This document shows positions 36,017-45,443 of a DNA stretch of 46,116 nucleotides, in pieces (position 1 is the stretch's first letter; the number at the start of each line of letters is the position of its first letter). The stretch covers positions 1 to 46,116 of the forward strand of contig CANHCM010000002.1 in assembly GCA_947459155.1 (NCBI GenBank), in the 5' to 3' direction. Position numbers and translations under genes: made by a program. The notes beneath the pieces were generated by a model. The model was not told where the DNA came from. It was given only the letters and a program-made list of their open reading frames with translations, and made no database searches. The stretch is from Bacteroidota bacterium (lineage in GTDB: Bacteria; Bacteroidota; Bacteroidia; M30B66).

Positions 36017-36955
36017 ATGGCTCGAATTTTAGTTCTGGGAGGTAGTGGTTTTATCGGGAGTAATATTGTTGCTGCTTTGCTTGATAAGAATCACATTGTG
36101 GTTAATTTCGACAGGCCTGGCACGTCTCCTGTTCAGTTTGAAAAATTCCCCAATTATAAGTTCATTCCAGGTTCACTGGCCGATTCAAGCCACGTGCGCA
36201 TTGTGTTCGATCAGCAGCCGTTTGATAAGGTAATTTATTTGGTTTCTACTTTATTGCCTTCTTCAGGGTATTTGGAATTCATTCAAGAGCGAGACATCAA
36301 CATCATTGCATTGTTTGAAGTTTTGCGCAACATGGAGTCCAACGGATGTACAGATCTATTGTTTTTCTCAAGCGGAGGAACTGTTTATGGTTTAAACGGG
36401 AAATCCGAAAACAAAGAAGAAGATCCATGTTTGCCATTTACTTACTATGGATATACCAAATGGGCACTTGAGGAATATATCCGATTCTTAAGCAGGACAA
36501 CTCCGGTGAAATTCACGATTGTCCGTCCCTCAAACCCTTATGGAAGTGGTCAGAATCTGTTCGGCAAGCAGGGCTTGATTGCAGTGGCCTTAGGTCGAGT
36601 TTTGGCGGGGAAACCTATTGAAATTTGGGGCGATGGATTGGTCGTGCGTGATTATCTGTATATCGACGACCTCGTGAGTGCGGTTTGTTTACTATTGAAT
36701 GTTCCGGCAAACAATCAAACCTATAATATAGGATCAGGTTTGGGTGCGTCTGTGAACCAAATAATTGATGTTTTAAAAGAAGTTGTAGGCACCCCAGTAG
36801 TCGTTCAATATTCACCCGCACGAAAAATCGATGTACCCGTAAATATACTTAATATCGATAAAATAAAGTCAACCATTAGTTGGGAGCCGAAGATTAGTTT
36901 AACCGATGGGATTTCTTCCTTGTGGACTGAGATGAAGGCAAATTCAAAATTGTAA
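36017..36955 (+). CDS. NAD-dependent nucleotide-sugar epimerase/dehydratase (extended SDR)
   Basis: ILVLGGSGFIGSN, SSGGTVYG and YGYTKWALE (YxxxK). Confidence 0.85.
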   Translation: MARILVLGGSGFIGSNIVAALLDKNHIVVNFDRPGTSPVQFEKFPNYKFIPGSLADSSHVRIVFDQQPFDKVIYLVSTLLPSSGYLEFIQERDINIIALFEVLRNMESNGCTDLLFFSSGGTVYGLNGKSENKEEDPCLPFTYYGYTKWALEEYIRFLSRTTPVKFTIVRPSNPYGSGQNLFGKQGLIAVALGRVLAGKPIEIWGDGLVVRDYLYIDDLVSAVCLLLNVPANNQTYNIGSGLGASVNQIIDVLKEVVGTPVVVQYSPARKIDVPVNILNIDKIKSTISWEPKISLTDGISSLWTEMKANSKL

Positions 36956-36958
36956 AGA

Positions 36959-37981
36959 ATGACGGATACAGCACCATTGGTTTCGGTTTTCATGCCTGTT
37001 TACAATGCAGGAATTTATCTGGCAGAAGCTATAGATAGTATTCTTAATCAGACGTATACGAATTTTGAATTTGTTATATTAAATGATGGATCTACTGATA
37101 AAAGTGAGGAAATAATTAAATCATTTAATGATCCGCGTATTCGTTTAGAGAATAATGAAAGAAATATTGGATTAATAGCCTCTTTGAATAGAGGCTTGAC
37201 GCTTTGTAAAGGCAAATACATAGCGCGAATGGACCAGGATGACATTAGCCTTCCTACTCGCCTTGAAAAGCAGATTTCTTGGCTGGAAGGCCATCCTGAG
37301 TATGGTTTAATAGGATGTTGGTTTGAGGATTTTGGAGATCAGATTGAACCCAAAATTGTGAGGTACAGCTCGGATGATACGCACATTCGAATTCGACATC
37401 TATATCAAACCCATATATCTCATCCAACAGCGGTGCTAAGAACCGAAATCATCAGAAAGCACCAGCTAACTTTTGATCCCGACTTTGTTCACGGAGAGGA
37501 TTACAATTTTTGGGTTACCCTTTCTTCCTATGCCTTATTGTCGAATTATGAAGAAGTGCTGGTACGTAAGCGAGATCACCCTCGAAGTATTACCAACCAA
37601 TTTGCCTCAACCATGCATGCTACATGCACCCGTGTGAAACAAAGGCAATTTGCTGCTATGGGAGCTCCCTTATCTATTACTGAGGCCGATTTATACACTC
37701 GATTTGCCGATACAGAGTGGGATTTTTCTGAATCTGAAATGAATAGTTTGGTTGAGATTCTAACTCGAATTTCAGAAGCCAACAAGAAATCGGCCTTCAT
37801 TAATATTCCTTCTTTTGAATACTACCTCGCGGAAAAGTGGTTTCACCTGTGTTATCAAAATAAACACATCCGATCTAAATCACAACAATATTTTAACAAG
37901 ATCAAATTTAGTACTGGTTTCAAAGCGCCTGGTCTTGCGGCAATGCGAATGATGCTTAGAAGTTTACGTTTGCCTGTTTAA
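36959..37981 (+). CDS. GT2 glycosyltransferase
   Basis: VSVFMPVYNAGIYLAEAIDSILNQ, ILNDGSTDKS and RMDQDD. Confidence 0.9.
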   Translation: MTDTAPLVSVFMPVYNAGIYLAEAIDSILNQTYTNFEFVILNDGSTDKSEEIIKSFNDPRIRLENNERNIGLIASLNRGLTLCKGKYIARMDQDDISLPTRLEKQISWLEGHPEYGLIGCWFEDFGDQIEPKIVRYSSDDTHIRIRHLYQTHISHPTAVLRTEIIRKHQLTFDPDFVHGEDYNFWVTLSSYALLSNYEEVLVRKRDHPRSITNQFASTMHATCTRVKQRQFAAMGAPLSITEADLYTRFADTEWDFSESEMNSLVEILTRISEANKKSAFINIPSFEYYLAEKWFHLCYQNKHIRSKSQQYFNKIKFSTGFKAPGLAAMRMMLRSLRLPV

Positions 37982-37988
37982 CACCTGC

Positions 37989-38918
37989 ATGCAGAAATCC
38001 CCATTCTTCAGCATAATTATTCCTACTTTTAATCGGGGGTATATTTTGCCCGAGACGGTTCGCTCTATTCAAAATCAGTCCTTTGCTGATTGGGAGGTTA
38101 TAATTGTTGATGATGGTTCAACAGACAATACAGCCTCAGTTGTCCGGTCTCTGCAACAGAATGACGAACGCATTAGTTATGTATTCCAGGAAAACGCGGA
38201 GAGAAGTGCAGCTAGAAACAATGGCGCAATTCAATCCAAGGGCCAGTATTTGTTGTTTTTAGATAGTGATGATGCTTTTACTGATGACCACTTAGACGAA
38301 TTAAATCAATTAATACAACGCCATAAGGCTCCTGTTGGGATGATTTTTTCGAATATGATCTATTTAACCGAGGATGGCCTTGAAGCGGTTGAATTGCCTT
38401 TAATGCAGGCGGGTAAAGAGTTTGAGTACATGCTGCTGCAGCCAATCACGCCGAGCAGGGTGTGTATTCATCGCGATGTGTTTAGTGTGTTTCGCTTTGA
38501 TCCTCAAATTACAATTGTTGAGGATTTGGTTCTTTGGGTGTGTATTGCTTCTCAATTTCCAGTGTATCAGCTAACCAAGCCAACTGTTTTATATAGGGTT
38601 CATCCCGATAATTCAGTCGATTTAAGTAGAAATTCTTATGCGAAGAGATATAAAGGCCTAAAGAGATTTTTTACACATGATGACTACAGCGTTGTCAGTA
38701 CTAAGATTTCACCAGACATCAAAAGCCATCTTTTGGCAGAATGTACATTTAATATAGCCAGACATTTTGAGTTTGTTCGAAATTATTCTGCTATGAATTA
38801 TATGCTGCTCAGGTCATTATTTCACAAGTTTAGCTATAGAAATAAAGAAAGATTATACATGTTTTTAAGCCATTTGCCTGTTCTGGGATACTGGCTCAGG
38901 AATCGAAAGCGAAAGTGA
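37989..38918 (+). CDS. GT2 glycosyltransferase
   Basis: FSIIIPTFNRGYILPETVRSI, IVDDGSTDNT and FLDSDD. Confidence 0.9.
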   Translation: MQKSPFFSIIIPTFNRGYILPETVRSIQNQSFADWEVIIVDDGSTDNTASVVRSLQQNDERISYVFQENAERSAARNNGAIQSKGQYLLFLDSDDAFTDDHLDELNQLIQRHKAPVGMIFSNMIYLTEDGLEAVELPLMQAGKEFEYMLLQPITPSRVCIHRDVFSVFRFDPQITIVEDLVLWVCIASQFPVYQLTKPTVLYRVHPDNSVDLSRNSYAKRYKGLKRFFTHDDYSVVSTKISPDIKSHLLAECTFNIARHFEFVRNYSAMNYMLLRSLFHKFSYRNKERLYMFLSHLPVLGYWLRNRKRK

Positions 38919-40069
38919 GAATAGTACATGTGATTCCCAGCTTATTTGCTGGAGGAGCTGAAATTTTAATGTCGAATATGGCCATAGCTTCGGCTAAGCT
39001 TGGCCATTCAGTATTGGTTTGCTGTTTGTTTCCTCCTGATCAAAGCTGGAACAAACAACAGTTATGTATAGAGTTAGAAAAACACTGTGAAGTTGTTGTT
39101 TTGGAAGAGAGTATTCATTTTAGATTCCTTCGGTCTCCAAAGCTCAATAACAAGAAGTTCATTCAGAAAATTATTGAATTTAATCCCGATATTATTCATT
39201 CACATTTATACTTATCGGAGCTTCTTGTTTATTCGCATATTTTTAAAAGTTGCAGGTATTTTAGTCATGGGCATGATAATATCATTCAATTAAATCCATT
39301 CCGAATTTCATCCTTATTCAACAAGTCGAAACTCACAAATTGGTGGGAGAGAAGATGGTTGCTTTCTCAGTATTCTAAAGCTAAACCCAACTTTATAGCG
39401 ATTTCAAAAGATGTTGAAGCCTTTTTCAAAAGAGTTTTGCCATCTAATCGATTTAAAACTTATTATTTACCCAATGCAATTAACGTTGAAAGATTCGCCC
39501 ATCAACGTGTTTATGAAAATACGGCTAAACCGTTCAAGTTGATTTCAATCGCGAATCTGGTACCTAAAAAGAATCACACGTATTTAATTGATGTTGCTAA
39601 AGTGCTTGTAGACAGAAAACTAGATGTTCGTGTAGAAGTATTGGGAGATGGTCCTTTAATGGGTGAATTACAAGCCAAGGTCAAGCAGAATGGGTTAGAG
39701 GATGTGTTTTTCTTCTTAGGAAGTGTGGGTGATGTGTCTAAGCATCTTAACAATGCTAATCTTTACGTGCACCCTGCGTGGTATGAACCTTTTGGCCTGG
39801 TTCTTCTGGAGGCCATGGCCAGTGGTTTACCGGTAGTTTGCTTGGACGGCTATGGAAATCGTGAGCTCATGTTTGAGGGGCAAAATGGTTACATGCTTCC
39901 AGTTGATACCTCCGCAGATTTATTTGCCGATAAAATTGAGTTTTTCATGAAAAATCCAGGCTCTTTAAAAGAGCAGGGTTTGTGGGCAGCAAATTTTGCA
40001 AAGCGTTATGACATTAACCTTTATGCCCAGAAATTATGCGATCTCTATTTGCAATCTAAAGAAAGCTAA
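38915..40069 (+). CDS. GT4 (GT-B, retaining) glycosyltransferase
   Basis: GTG start overlapping the previous stop (GTGA). It has an N-terminal GGAE motif and a C-terminal EPFGLVLLEAMASGLPVV (EX7E). Confidence 0.9.
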   Translation: MRIVHVIPSLFAGGAEILMSNMAIASAKLGHSVLVCCLFPPDQSWNKQQLCIELEKHCEVVVLEESIHFRFLRSPKLNNKKFIQKIIEFNPDIIHSHLYLSELLVYSHIFKSCRYFSHGHDNIIQLNPFRISSLFNKSKLTNWWERRWLLSQYSKAKPNFIAISKDVEAFFKRVLPSNRFKTYYLPNAINVERFAHQRVYENTAKPFKLISIANLVPKKNHTYLIDVAKVLVDRKLDVRVEVLGDGPLMGELQAKVKQNGLEDVFFFLGSVGDVSKHLNNANLYVHPAWYEPFGLVLLEAMASGLPVVCLDGYGNRELMFEGQNGYMLPVDTSADLFADKIEFFMKNPGSLKEQGLWAANFAKRYDINLYAQKLCDLYLQSKES

Positions 40070-40811
40070 GTTCTTTCTCTGAAGGGTATGAAATTAATAC
40101 AGCCCTATGCTTCCCCTGAAAAACAAACATACTGCCGGCAGCAACTGCCGAAGCTCCCGCGTCGATAGCTTGTTTAAAGTCGCCGGTTTGAGCGGCTCCT
40201 CCACACGCGATTAGAGGTATTGAGACCTGAGGGGCAATCATTTTAATCAGCCCTAAGTCGAAACCTTCCATTGTGCCATCCCGGTCTACCGAATTGAGAA
40301 GCACCTCACCCGCTCCTTTCTCTTCTAACATTTGAACATATTCCAAAGGCGGAATGTCGAGTTTTCGACTACCGCTTTTAACAACTACGCGGTATTTACC
40401 CCAAAAGTCCTTCTTTACGTCTACCGATACTACAGTTGCTGAACTCCCAAACTTTTCCGAACATCGGGTTACCAGTTCTGGGTCATCTGCAAGAATACTG
40501 TTGAGGCTAACTTTTTCAATTCCGGCTTTTATCACCGCCGAAATATCTTCCATCGTTCTTAATCCTCCACCGTATGCCAGTGGCATGAAAGCTTCAGTAG
40601 CGACATCCCGGATATAGCGAACATTAGGTTTTCTTCCTTGTTGGCTTGCGGTAATATCAAGGAAGATGAGTTCATCAACTTCTTTGTCGTTGAAGATTTT
40701 AACCGCATTAACAGGATCTCCTACATAAACGGGTTTTTCAAACTTCTTTGTTTTAACCAAGGACCCTTCAAGGTTGCACAATAAAACAGGAATAACGCGT
40801 GCTCTAATCAT
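40056..40811 (-). CDS. wbuZ: HisF-like cyclase-subunit homologue dedicated to glycosyl amidation (WbuZ type)
   Basis: RVIPVLL...DELIFLDI...GGGLRT...GAGEVLLNSVDRDGT..G.D...GGA are (beta/alpha)8 HisF signatures. The ATG at 40811 overlaps the hisH-like stop (ATGA). No other his genes are nearby, and it pairs with the PP-loop amidotransferase at 42775. Confidence 0.88.
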   Translation of the reverse strand: MIRARVIPVLLCNLEGSLVKTKKFEKPVYVGDPVNAVKIFNDKEVDELIFLDITASQQGRKPNVRYIRDVATEAFMPLAYGGGLRTMEDISAVIKAGIEKVSLNSILADDPELVTRCSEKFGSSATVVSVDVKKDFWGKYRVVVKSGSRKLDIPPLEYVQMLEEKGAGEVLLNSVDRDGTMEGFDLGLIKMIAPQVSIPLIACGGAAQTGDFKQAIDAGASAVAAGSMFVFQGKHRAVLISYPSEKELSFL

Positions 40812-41431
40812 TGTCCATCCCAATTGACAAAGTTTCTCAATAAGGCCATCCCAAATTTGTGGCTTTTTTCAGGGTGAAACTGAACCCCTGCAACATTTTT
40901 TCTGACGAAGGCAGACGCATAACGATACCCATAATTCGACTCCAGTAATTCATCTTCAGCATTTTGCATATTGAAGTGGTAAGAGTGCACAAAGTAATAT
41001 CGAGGTTCCTCAGGGAGCGAATCAACCAGAGGATGCGGTTTCGTGCTGTGAACGAACCCCCAGCCCATAAACGGAACTCTTAAGCCCTTGTTGCTAGAGT
41101 CGAACTGAAAGCGGATTACCTTTCCCTCAATAAATCCTAAGCCTGGAAGCTTACCTTCTTCAGAGCTATTCAACAACAACTGAGCGCCGAGGCAGATGCC
41201 AAGAATTGGCACGTTGTCTTGCTTTATTTTTTGCTCAAGTGTAGCCGAGAGGCCCATGGTATGAAGCTGTTGCATACCACTGTCGAAGGCTCCAACACCG
41301 GGTAAAATAAGCCGGTCTGCATCAGCAATAATCTGAGCATCTCTGGTGATTATTGCTTTATGCCCAATCTTTTTCAACATGTTGGCAACGGAACCAATGT
41401 TACCCATGTCGTAGTCAATAATTGCAATCAT
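40808..41431 (-). CDS. wbuY: HisH-like class I glutamine amidotransferase dedicated to glycosyl amidation (WbuY type)
   Basis: MIAIIDYDMGNIGSV, LPGVGAF, GICLGAQLL (catalytic Cys) and FHPEKS (His-Glu). Confidence 0.88.
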   Translation of the reverse strand: MIAIIDYDMGNIGSVANMLKKIGHKAIITRDAQIIADADRLILPGVGAFDSGMQQLHTMGLSATLEQKIKQDNVPILGICLGAQLLLNSSEEGKLPGLGFIEGKVIRFQFDSSNKGLRVPFMGWGFVHSTKPHPLVDSLPEEPRYYFVHSYHFNMQNAEDELLESNYGYRYASAFVRKNVAGVQFHPEKSHKFGMALLRNFVNWDGQ

Positions 41432-41438
41432 TATGGTT

Positions 41439-41498
41439 CAAAGGTAGTAATTCGTTTAGCCTTAGCCTTCAAATGGATTCCATTAATTTTTAGTTTTG
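41439..41498. promoter_or_regulatory. Divergent control region with one TAnnTTTG box per strand
   Basis: On the minus strand, TACCTTTG (41446-41439) lies 7 nt before the hisH-like ATG. On the plus strand, TAGTTTTG (41491-41498) lies 5 nt before the ATG at 41504. Confidence 0.3.
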
Positions 41499-41503
41499 CC
41501 CGA

Positions 41504-42778
41504 ATGTTGGGAAAGCGCCAAATCCTCTATATCATCGTTTCCGATTATCCTTATGGTTTCGGAGAGCCCTTTTTAGAGGACGAATTGGCCTATATATCCG
41601 ATAAATTCACCAAAGTTTATATAGTTATTCCGGAATCGCACCGAATCGATAAATCACATGTAAAGTTTAAAGTCCCAGCCAACGCTGAGATTTTGGAATT
41701 TAACATTTCAATCACGGCAAGCGATAAATTGAAGAGCGCCATTAAATGGCTTTCGCCAGCCTGGGTGCTTGAACGCGAATTCATCCGAAAACATTACAAA
41801 CATCCCTTTTCACTCTTGCATCTTAAATTGATGCTTGCCTATGAAGCTTACGCGGCGAAGTTTGCTGATGCGCTCGAGAAGCACATTTATAAAAAGGGAT
41901 ATTCTTTAGATGAAGTAAGCCTTTACACTTATTGGTTTAGTAATGTATCGTATGCTCTGGCAAAGCTTAAACATAAATTTCCGCAATTAAGGGCGATTAC
42001 AAGGGCGCATCGATGGGACTGTTTTTACTATGTAAACCCTTCCGATTATTTGCCTTTCCGACCTTGGATGGCGAAGTATCTTGATGGCATTTATCCTATT
42101 TCTGATGCCGGTTCGTTTTACCTAAAAGAGAAATTAGCAGGGCTTTTTGATTCAAAAATTATTACTTATCGCCTGGGCGTGGATATTCAAACCCAGATCC
42201 CTGAAAGGAGTAAAAAAGGAGGCAATTTAAATGTCGTTTCAATTGCTTTTATTTCCCGAGTGAAACGAATTGATCGTATAGTTGAGGCGCTCAGTTTAAT
42301 GAATAATGTAAATATAAATTGGACACACATTGGTAGCGCTCCCAAGGACGATAAGCAAGTCGAAGAGCTTGCCAGTGAGAGTCTAAGTTCTAACGTGCAT
42401 GTAAACTATTCATTTTTGGGCGAGCGTTCTAAGCAAGAAGTGCTCAGCTTTCTGCGTTCCAACCAAGTTGATGTGCTTTTGTGTACTAGTGAATCGGAGG
42501 GAATTCCCGTATCGATGATGGAGGCGCTGGCGCATGGAATCCCTGTAATTTCATTAAATGTAGGAGGGATTTCTGAGTTGGTTAATGACAAATACAACGG
42601 AACCTTGCTTCCTGAGCACGCCACTGTACAAGACATTGCCCAAGCCCTGCATGAATGGGCCTATCTTTCTGAGATTGAGTATCAGCAATTTTCCAGGAGG
42701 GCATATGAAAGCTATTTAACGTATTTTTCGGCACAGAATAACTACACTACATTTTACGCTGAAACGCTACAAGCATGA
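41504..42778 (+). CDS. GT4-like (GT-B) glycosyltransferase
   Basis: The C-terminal SESEGIPVSMMEALAHGIPVI is an EX7E motif. I chose the ATG at 41504, because the track start at 41360 would overlap the hisH-like gene by 72 nt on the opposite strand. Confidence 0.8.
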   Translation: MLGKRQILYIIVSDYPYGFGEPFLEDELAYISDKFTKVYIVIPESHRIDKSHVKFKVPANAEILEFNISITASDKLKSAIKWLSPAWVLEREFIRKHYKHPFSLLHLKLMLAYEAYAAKFADALEKHIYKKGYSLDEVSLYTYWFSNVSYALAKLKHKFPQLRAITRAHRWDCFYYVNPSDYLPFRPWMAKYLDGIYPISDAGSFYLKEKLAGLFDSKIITYRLGVDIQTQIPERSKKGGNLNVVSIAFISRVKRIDRIVEALSLMNNVNINWTHIGSAPKDDKQVEELASESLSSNVHVNYSFLGERSKQEVLSFLRSNQVDVLLCTSESEGIPVSMMEALAHGIPVISLNVGGISELVNDKYNGTLLPEHATVQDIAQALHEWAYLSEIEYQQFSRRAYESYLTYFSAQNNYTTFYAETLQA

Positions 42779-43917
42779 AAAAGGATTATCAGATTTGCAC
42801 TCGATGTATCATGGATACCAATGATTATCCGCAAATCACATTTGATTCCAGTGGAGTTTGCTCAATTTGTCACATCTATGATGATCTGGCAAAGAGAACG
42901 GTAAAGAGAGGTGACTCAGCCAAGGAGGCACTTCAATCTATGATTACTGAGATAAAAACTTGGGGAAAGAAGCGCGAATACGATTGTTTGATTGGTGTGA
43001 GTGGTGGTGTTGACTCCACATATCTGGCTTATTTGGCGAAACAATGGGGATTGCGACCCTTGATTCTGCACGTAGATAATGGATGGAATACCGAATTATC
43101 AGTGATGAATATTGAAAATTTGGTCAAAAAATTAGGATATGATTTATTCACGTATGTAATTGATTGGAATGAGATTCGTGATCTTCAGTTGGCTTATATG
43201 AAGGCCTCCGTGCTTGATATCGATGTTCCAACCGACAATGCTTATGCTGCTGCTGTTTTTAAAATTGCGAATGAAAAAAAGATAAAGTATATATTAACAG
43301 GACATAATACTGTTACTGAAGGCTGGCTTCCTCCAACCTTTACGCATTTTAAATACGATATAATTAATATGAAAGCCATTCATAAAAAATTTGGATCGGT
43401 TCCTTTAAAGTCCTTTCCTTATTTAGGCGTAGCCCGTGGATGGTATTTGATGAAAGTAAAAGGACTTACGACCTACTCCCCGCTGAATTGGATTGATTAT
43501 GATAAAGCAGAGGTGAAAAAATTTATTCAAAACGAGTTGGGCTGGCGAGATTATGGAGGTAAGCACTACGAGAATATTTTTACACGATTTTATCAGGGTT
43601 ATATTCTGTATAAAAAATTTGGTGTCGACAAACGAAAGTCACACCTGAGTACGCTCATTTGCAGTGGTCAAATCTCTCGTGAAGCCGCTATAGAGGAAAT
43701 ACAGAAGAACCCATATCCTACCGAAGAATTGCTCTTAGAGGATCGCGAGTATGTGATCAAGAAGTTGGGAATTACTGAAGAGGAATTCGAACGCTTGATG
43801 TCGTTGCCCATAAAGGCGCACACCGATTATCCCTCAATTTTACATTGGTATGATCGACTGCGCCCTTATGTTAGAGCCGCACGTAAGGTAAAGAAAGCCA
43901 TTTCCGGCAAACCATAA
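42775..43917 (+). CDS. wbuX: N-acetyl sugar amidotransferase (PP-loop ATP pyrophosphatase; WbuX/PseA/WbpG/LfnA family)
   Basis: N-terminal Cys cluster CTRC...GVCSIC and PP-loop GVSGGVDSTYLAY. It is 380 aa, which fits the TIGR03573-type family as I know it. Confidence 0.88.
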   Translation: MKKDYQICTRCIMDTNDYPQITFDSSGVCSICHIYDDLAKRTVKRGDSAKEALQSMITEIKTWGKKREYDCLIGVSGGVDSTYLAYLAKQWGLRPLILHVDNGWNTELSVMNIENLVKKLGYDLFTYVIDWNEIRDLQLAYMKASVLDIDVPTDNAYAAAVFKIANEKKIKYILTGHNTVTEGWLPPTFTHFKYDIINMKAIHKKFGSVPLKSFPYLGVARGWYLMKVKGLTTYSPLNWIDYDKAEVKKFIQNELGWRDYGGKHYENIFTRFYQGYILYKKFGVDKRKSHLSTLICSGQISREAAIEEIQKNPYPTEELLLEDREYVIKKLGITEEEFERLMSLPIKAHTDYPSILHWYDRLRPYVRAARKVKKAISGKP

Positions 43918-43996
43918 TTCTTCCTCGCAAATAGAAGCAACGGGTAAAATGGCCAATGAATTACCTTCTGAAAGCCGCCTTCAATCTTCGCTTGAA

Positions 43997-44584
43997 ATGA
44001 AGATGCCACATGAACTCGTATTCGCAACACGAAATGCCCATAAGATCGAAGAGGCGAGATCTATTGTCGGAAGCCACTTCACAATTTTAGGGCTTGATGA
44101 TATTGGGTTCACTTTGGAATTGCCGGAAACAGGCAATACGCTGCATGATAATGCTCTTGAGAAGTTGCGCACATTTGTGAAAGCTACCGGAAGGAATGCT
44201 ATTGCTGACGATTCAGGACTTGAGATTGATTGTTTGAACGGTCGCCCAGGTGTCCACACAGCTCACTACTCGGGGAGTAGAGATGCAAGGCTTAATATGT
44301 CGAGAGTTTTGGATGAAATGGGTGAATCTGCCATAAGAACAGCTCGCTTTGTTACCGTTCTTGCATGTAGTTTTCAAGGTCAGGAGTTTATCTTTGAAGG
44401 CCAGGTTCGAGGAGTGATAACACATGAAATGCGAGGTAATGATGGATTCGGGTATGACCCAATATTTATTCCGGACGGCTACGAACAAACATTTGCTGAA
44501 TTAAGCCCACAAGTTAAGAACTCGCTGAGTCATAGGGCAAATGCCTTCAGAAAGTTCATGGAATGGCTGGTTTCAGTCGATTAA
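43997..44584 (+). CDS. rdgB: Non-canonical purine NTP pyrophosphatase (RdgB/HAM1 family)
   Basis: LVFATRNAHKIEE, ADDSGLEIDCLNGRPGV, GFGYDPIF and SHRA. The start is ambiguous (43949, 43997 or 44003). Confidence 0.85.
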   Translation: MKMPHELVFATRNAHKIEEARSIVGSHFTILGLDDIGFTLELPETGNTLHDNALEKLRTFVKATGRNAIADDSGLEIDCLNGRPGVHTAHYSGSRDARLNMSRVLDEMGESAIRTARFVTVLACSFQGQEFIFEGQVRGVITHEMRGNDGFGYDPIFIPDGYEQTFAELSPQVKNSLSHRANAFRKFMEWLVSVD

Positions 44585-44600
44585 TTACCTTTGGCCAGCT

Positions 44601-45269
44601 ATGATGGAATTCCTGACCTCTTTTCTTGACTTCATTCTCCATATTAATCAACACCTTGATGCCCTCGTGGCTGAATATGGGACTACAATTTATGCGATTC
44701 TATTTCTGATCATTTTTGTGGAAACAGGCTTGGTTGTTATGCCCTTTTTGCCCGGAGATTCGCTCCTATTTGCGGTTGGTGCAATATGCGCGAGACCAGG
44801 CTCAGATTTAAGCATCGGAATAGTAATCTCATTGCTGTTTATTGCGGCGGTTTTGGGTGATAACCTCAATTATTTTATTGGGCGCTTTGCCAGTAAAAAG
44901 GTTGTGAGTCTAAAGTTATTCGGTAAGCGGCTCGTGAAGCAAGAGTATCTTGATAATACGCAACAGTTCTTTCAGCGCCATGGAACTAAAGCGATTATCA
45001 TGGCTCGATTTGTACCTATCGTTCGCACCTTTACGCCCTTTGTAGCTGGGGTTGGAAAGATGGATTATAAAGGAAAGTTTCTGCCTTACGATATCGCTGG
45101 TGGTGCATTGTGGATTTCCTCTATGTCGCTTTCGGGTTATTTCCTGGGTAATCTCCCTTTCTTCCAGCAGCATTTTGAAGCAGTAGTACTTGGAATTATT
45201 GTACTTTCGATTAGCCCAATGATTTTCGCTTTTCTTCGGTCTAAGTTAAAAGGCAAACCGATTCAATAG
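44601..45269 (+). CDS. DedA-family (SNARE-associated/VTT domain) membrane protein
   Basis: FVETGLVVMPFLPGDSLLF, plus GDNLNYFIGR and ARFVPIVRTFTPFVAG motifs. I chose the ATG at 44601, because the track start overlaps rdgB. Confidence 0.85.
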   Translation: MMEFLTSFLDFILHINQHLDALVAEYGTTIYAILFLIIFVETGLVVMPFLPGDSLLFAVGAICARPGSDLSIGIVISLLFIAAVLGDNLNYFIGRFASKKVVSLKLFGKRLVKQEYLDNTQQFFQRHGTKAIIMARFVPIVRTFTPFVAGVGKMDYKGKFLPYDIAGGALWISSMSLSGYFLGNLPFFQQHFEAVVLGIIVLSISPMIFAFLRSKLKGKPIQ

Positions 45270-45443
45270 CCCTGTTATTCGGAAATTTAATTTCAAGGAT
45301 TGTATCACTCGGCCTTTGCTTCTTCAGATCTTTCCGATTGAATTAAACTGTTTGTTCCTTTAGTGTTGCTTCAATAAAGCATCGTTTAGCGTAGCCAATG
45401 CAGGTAGACAATTCGATCGTAAGATTCAAACGCTCACAGTATT

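Noticed and set aside
40056-41431. hisF/hisH as histidine biosynthesis genes
   Set aside because: No other his genes are nearby. The pair is embedded in a glycan locus next to a WbuX-type PP-loop amidotransferase, which is the known glycosyl-amidation arrangement.
41360-41503. Track start of the GT4-like ORF at 41360, overlapping the hisH-like gene
   Set aside because: The first 48 residues are the antisense of the hisH-like N-terminus plus intergenic DNA. The Met at 41504 is preceded by a promoter-like box.
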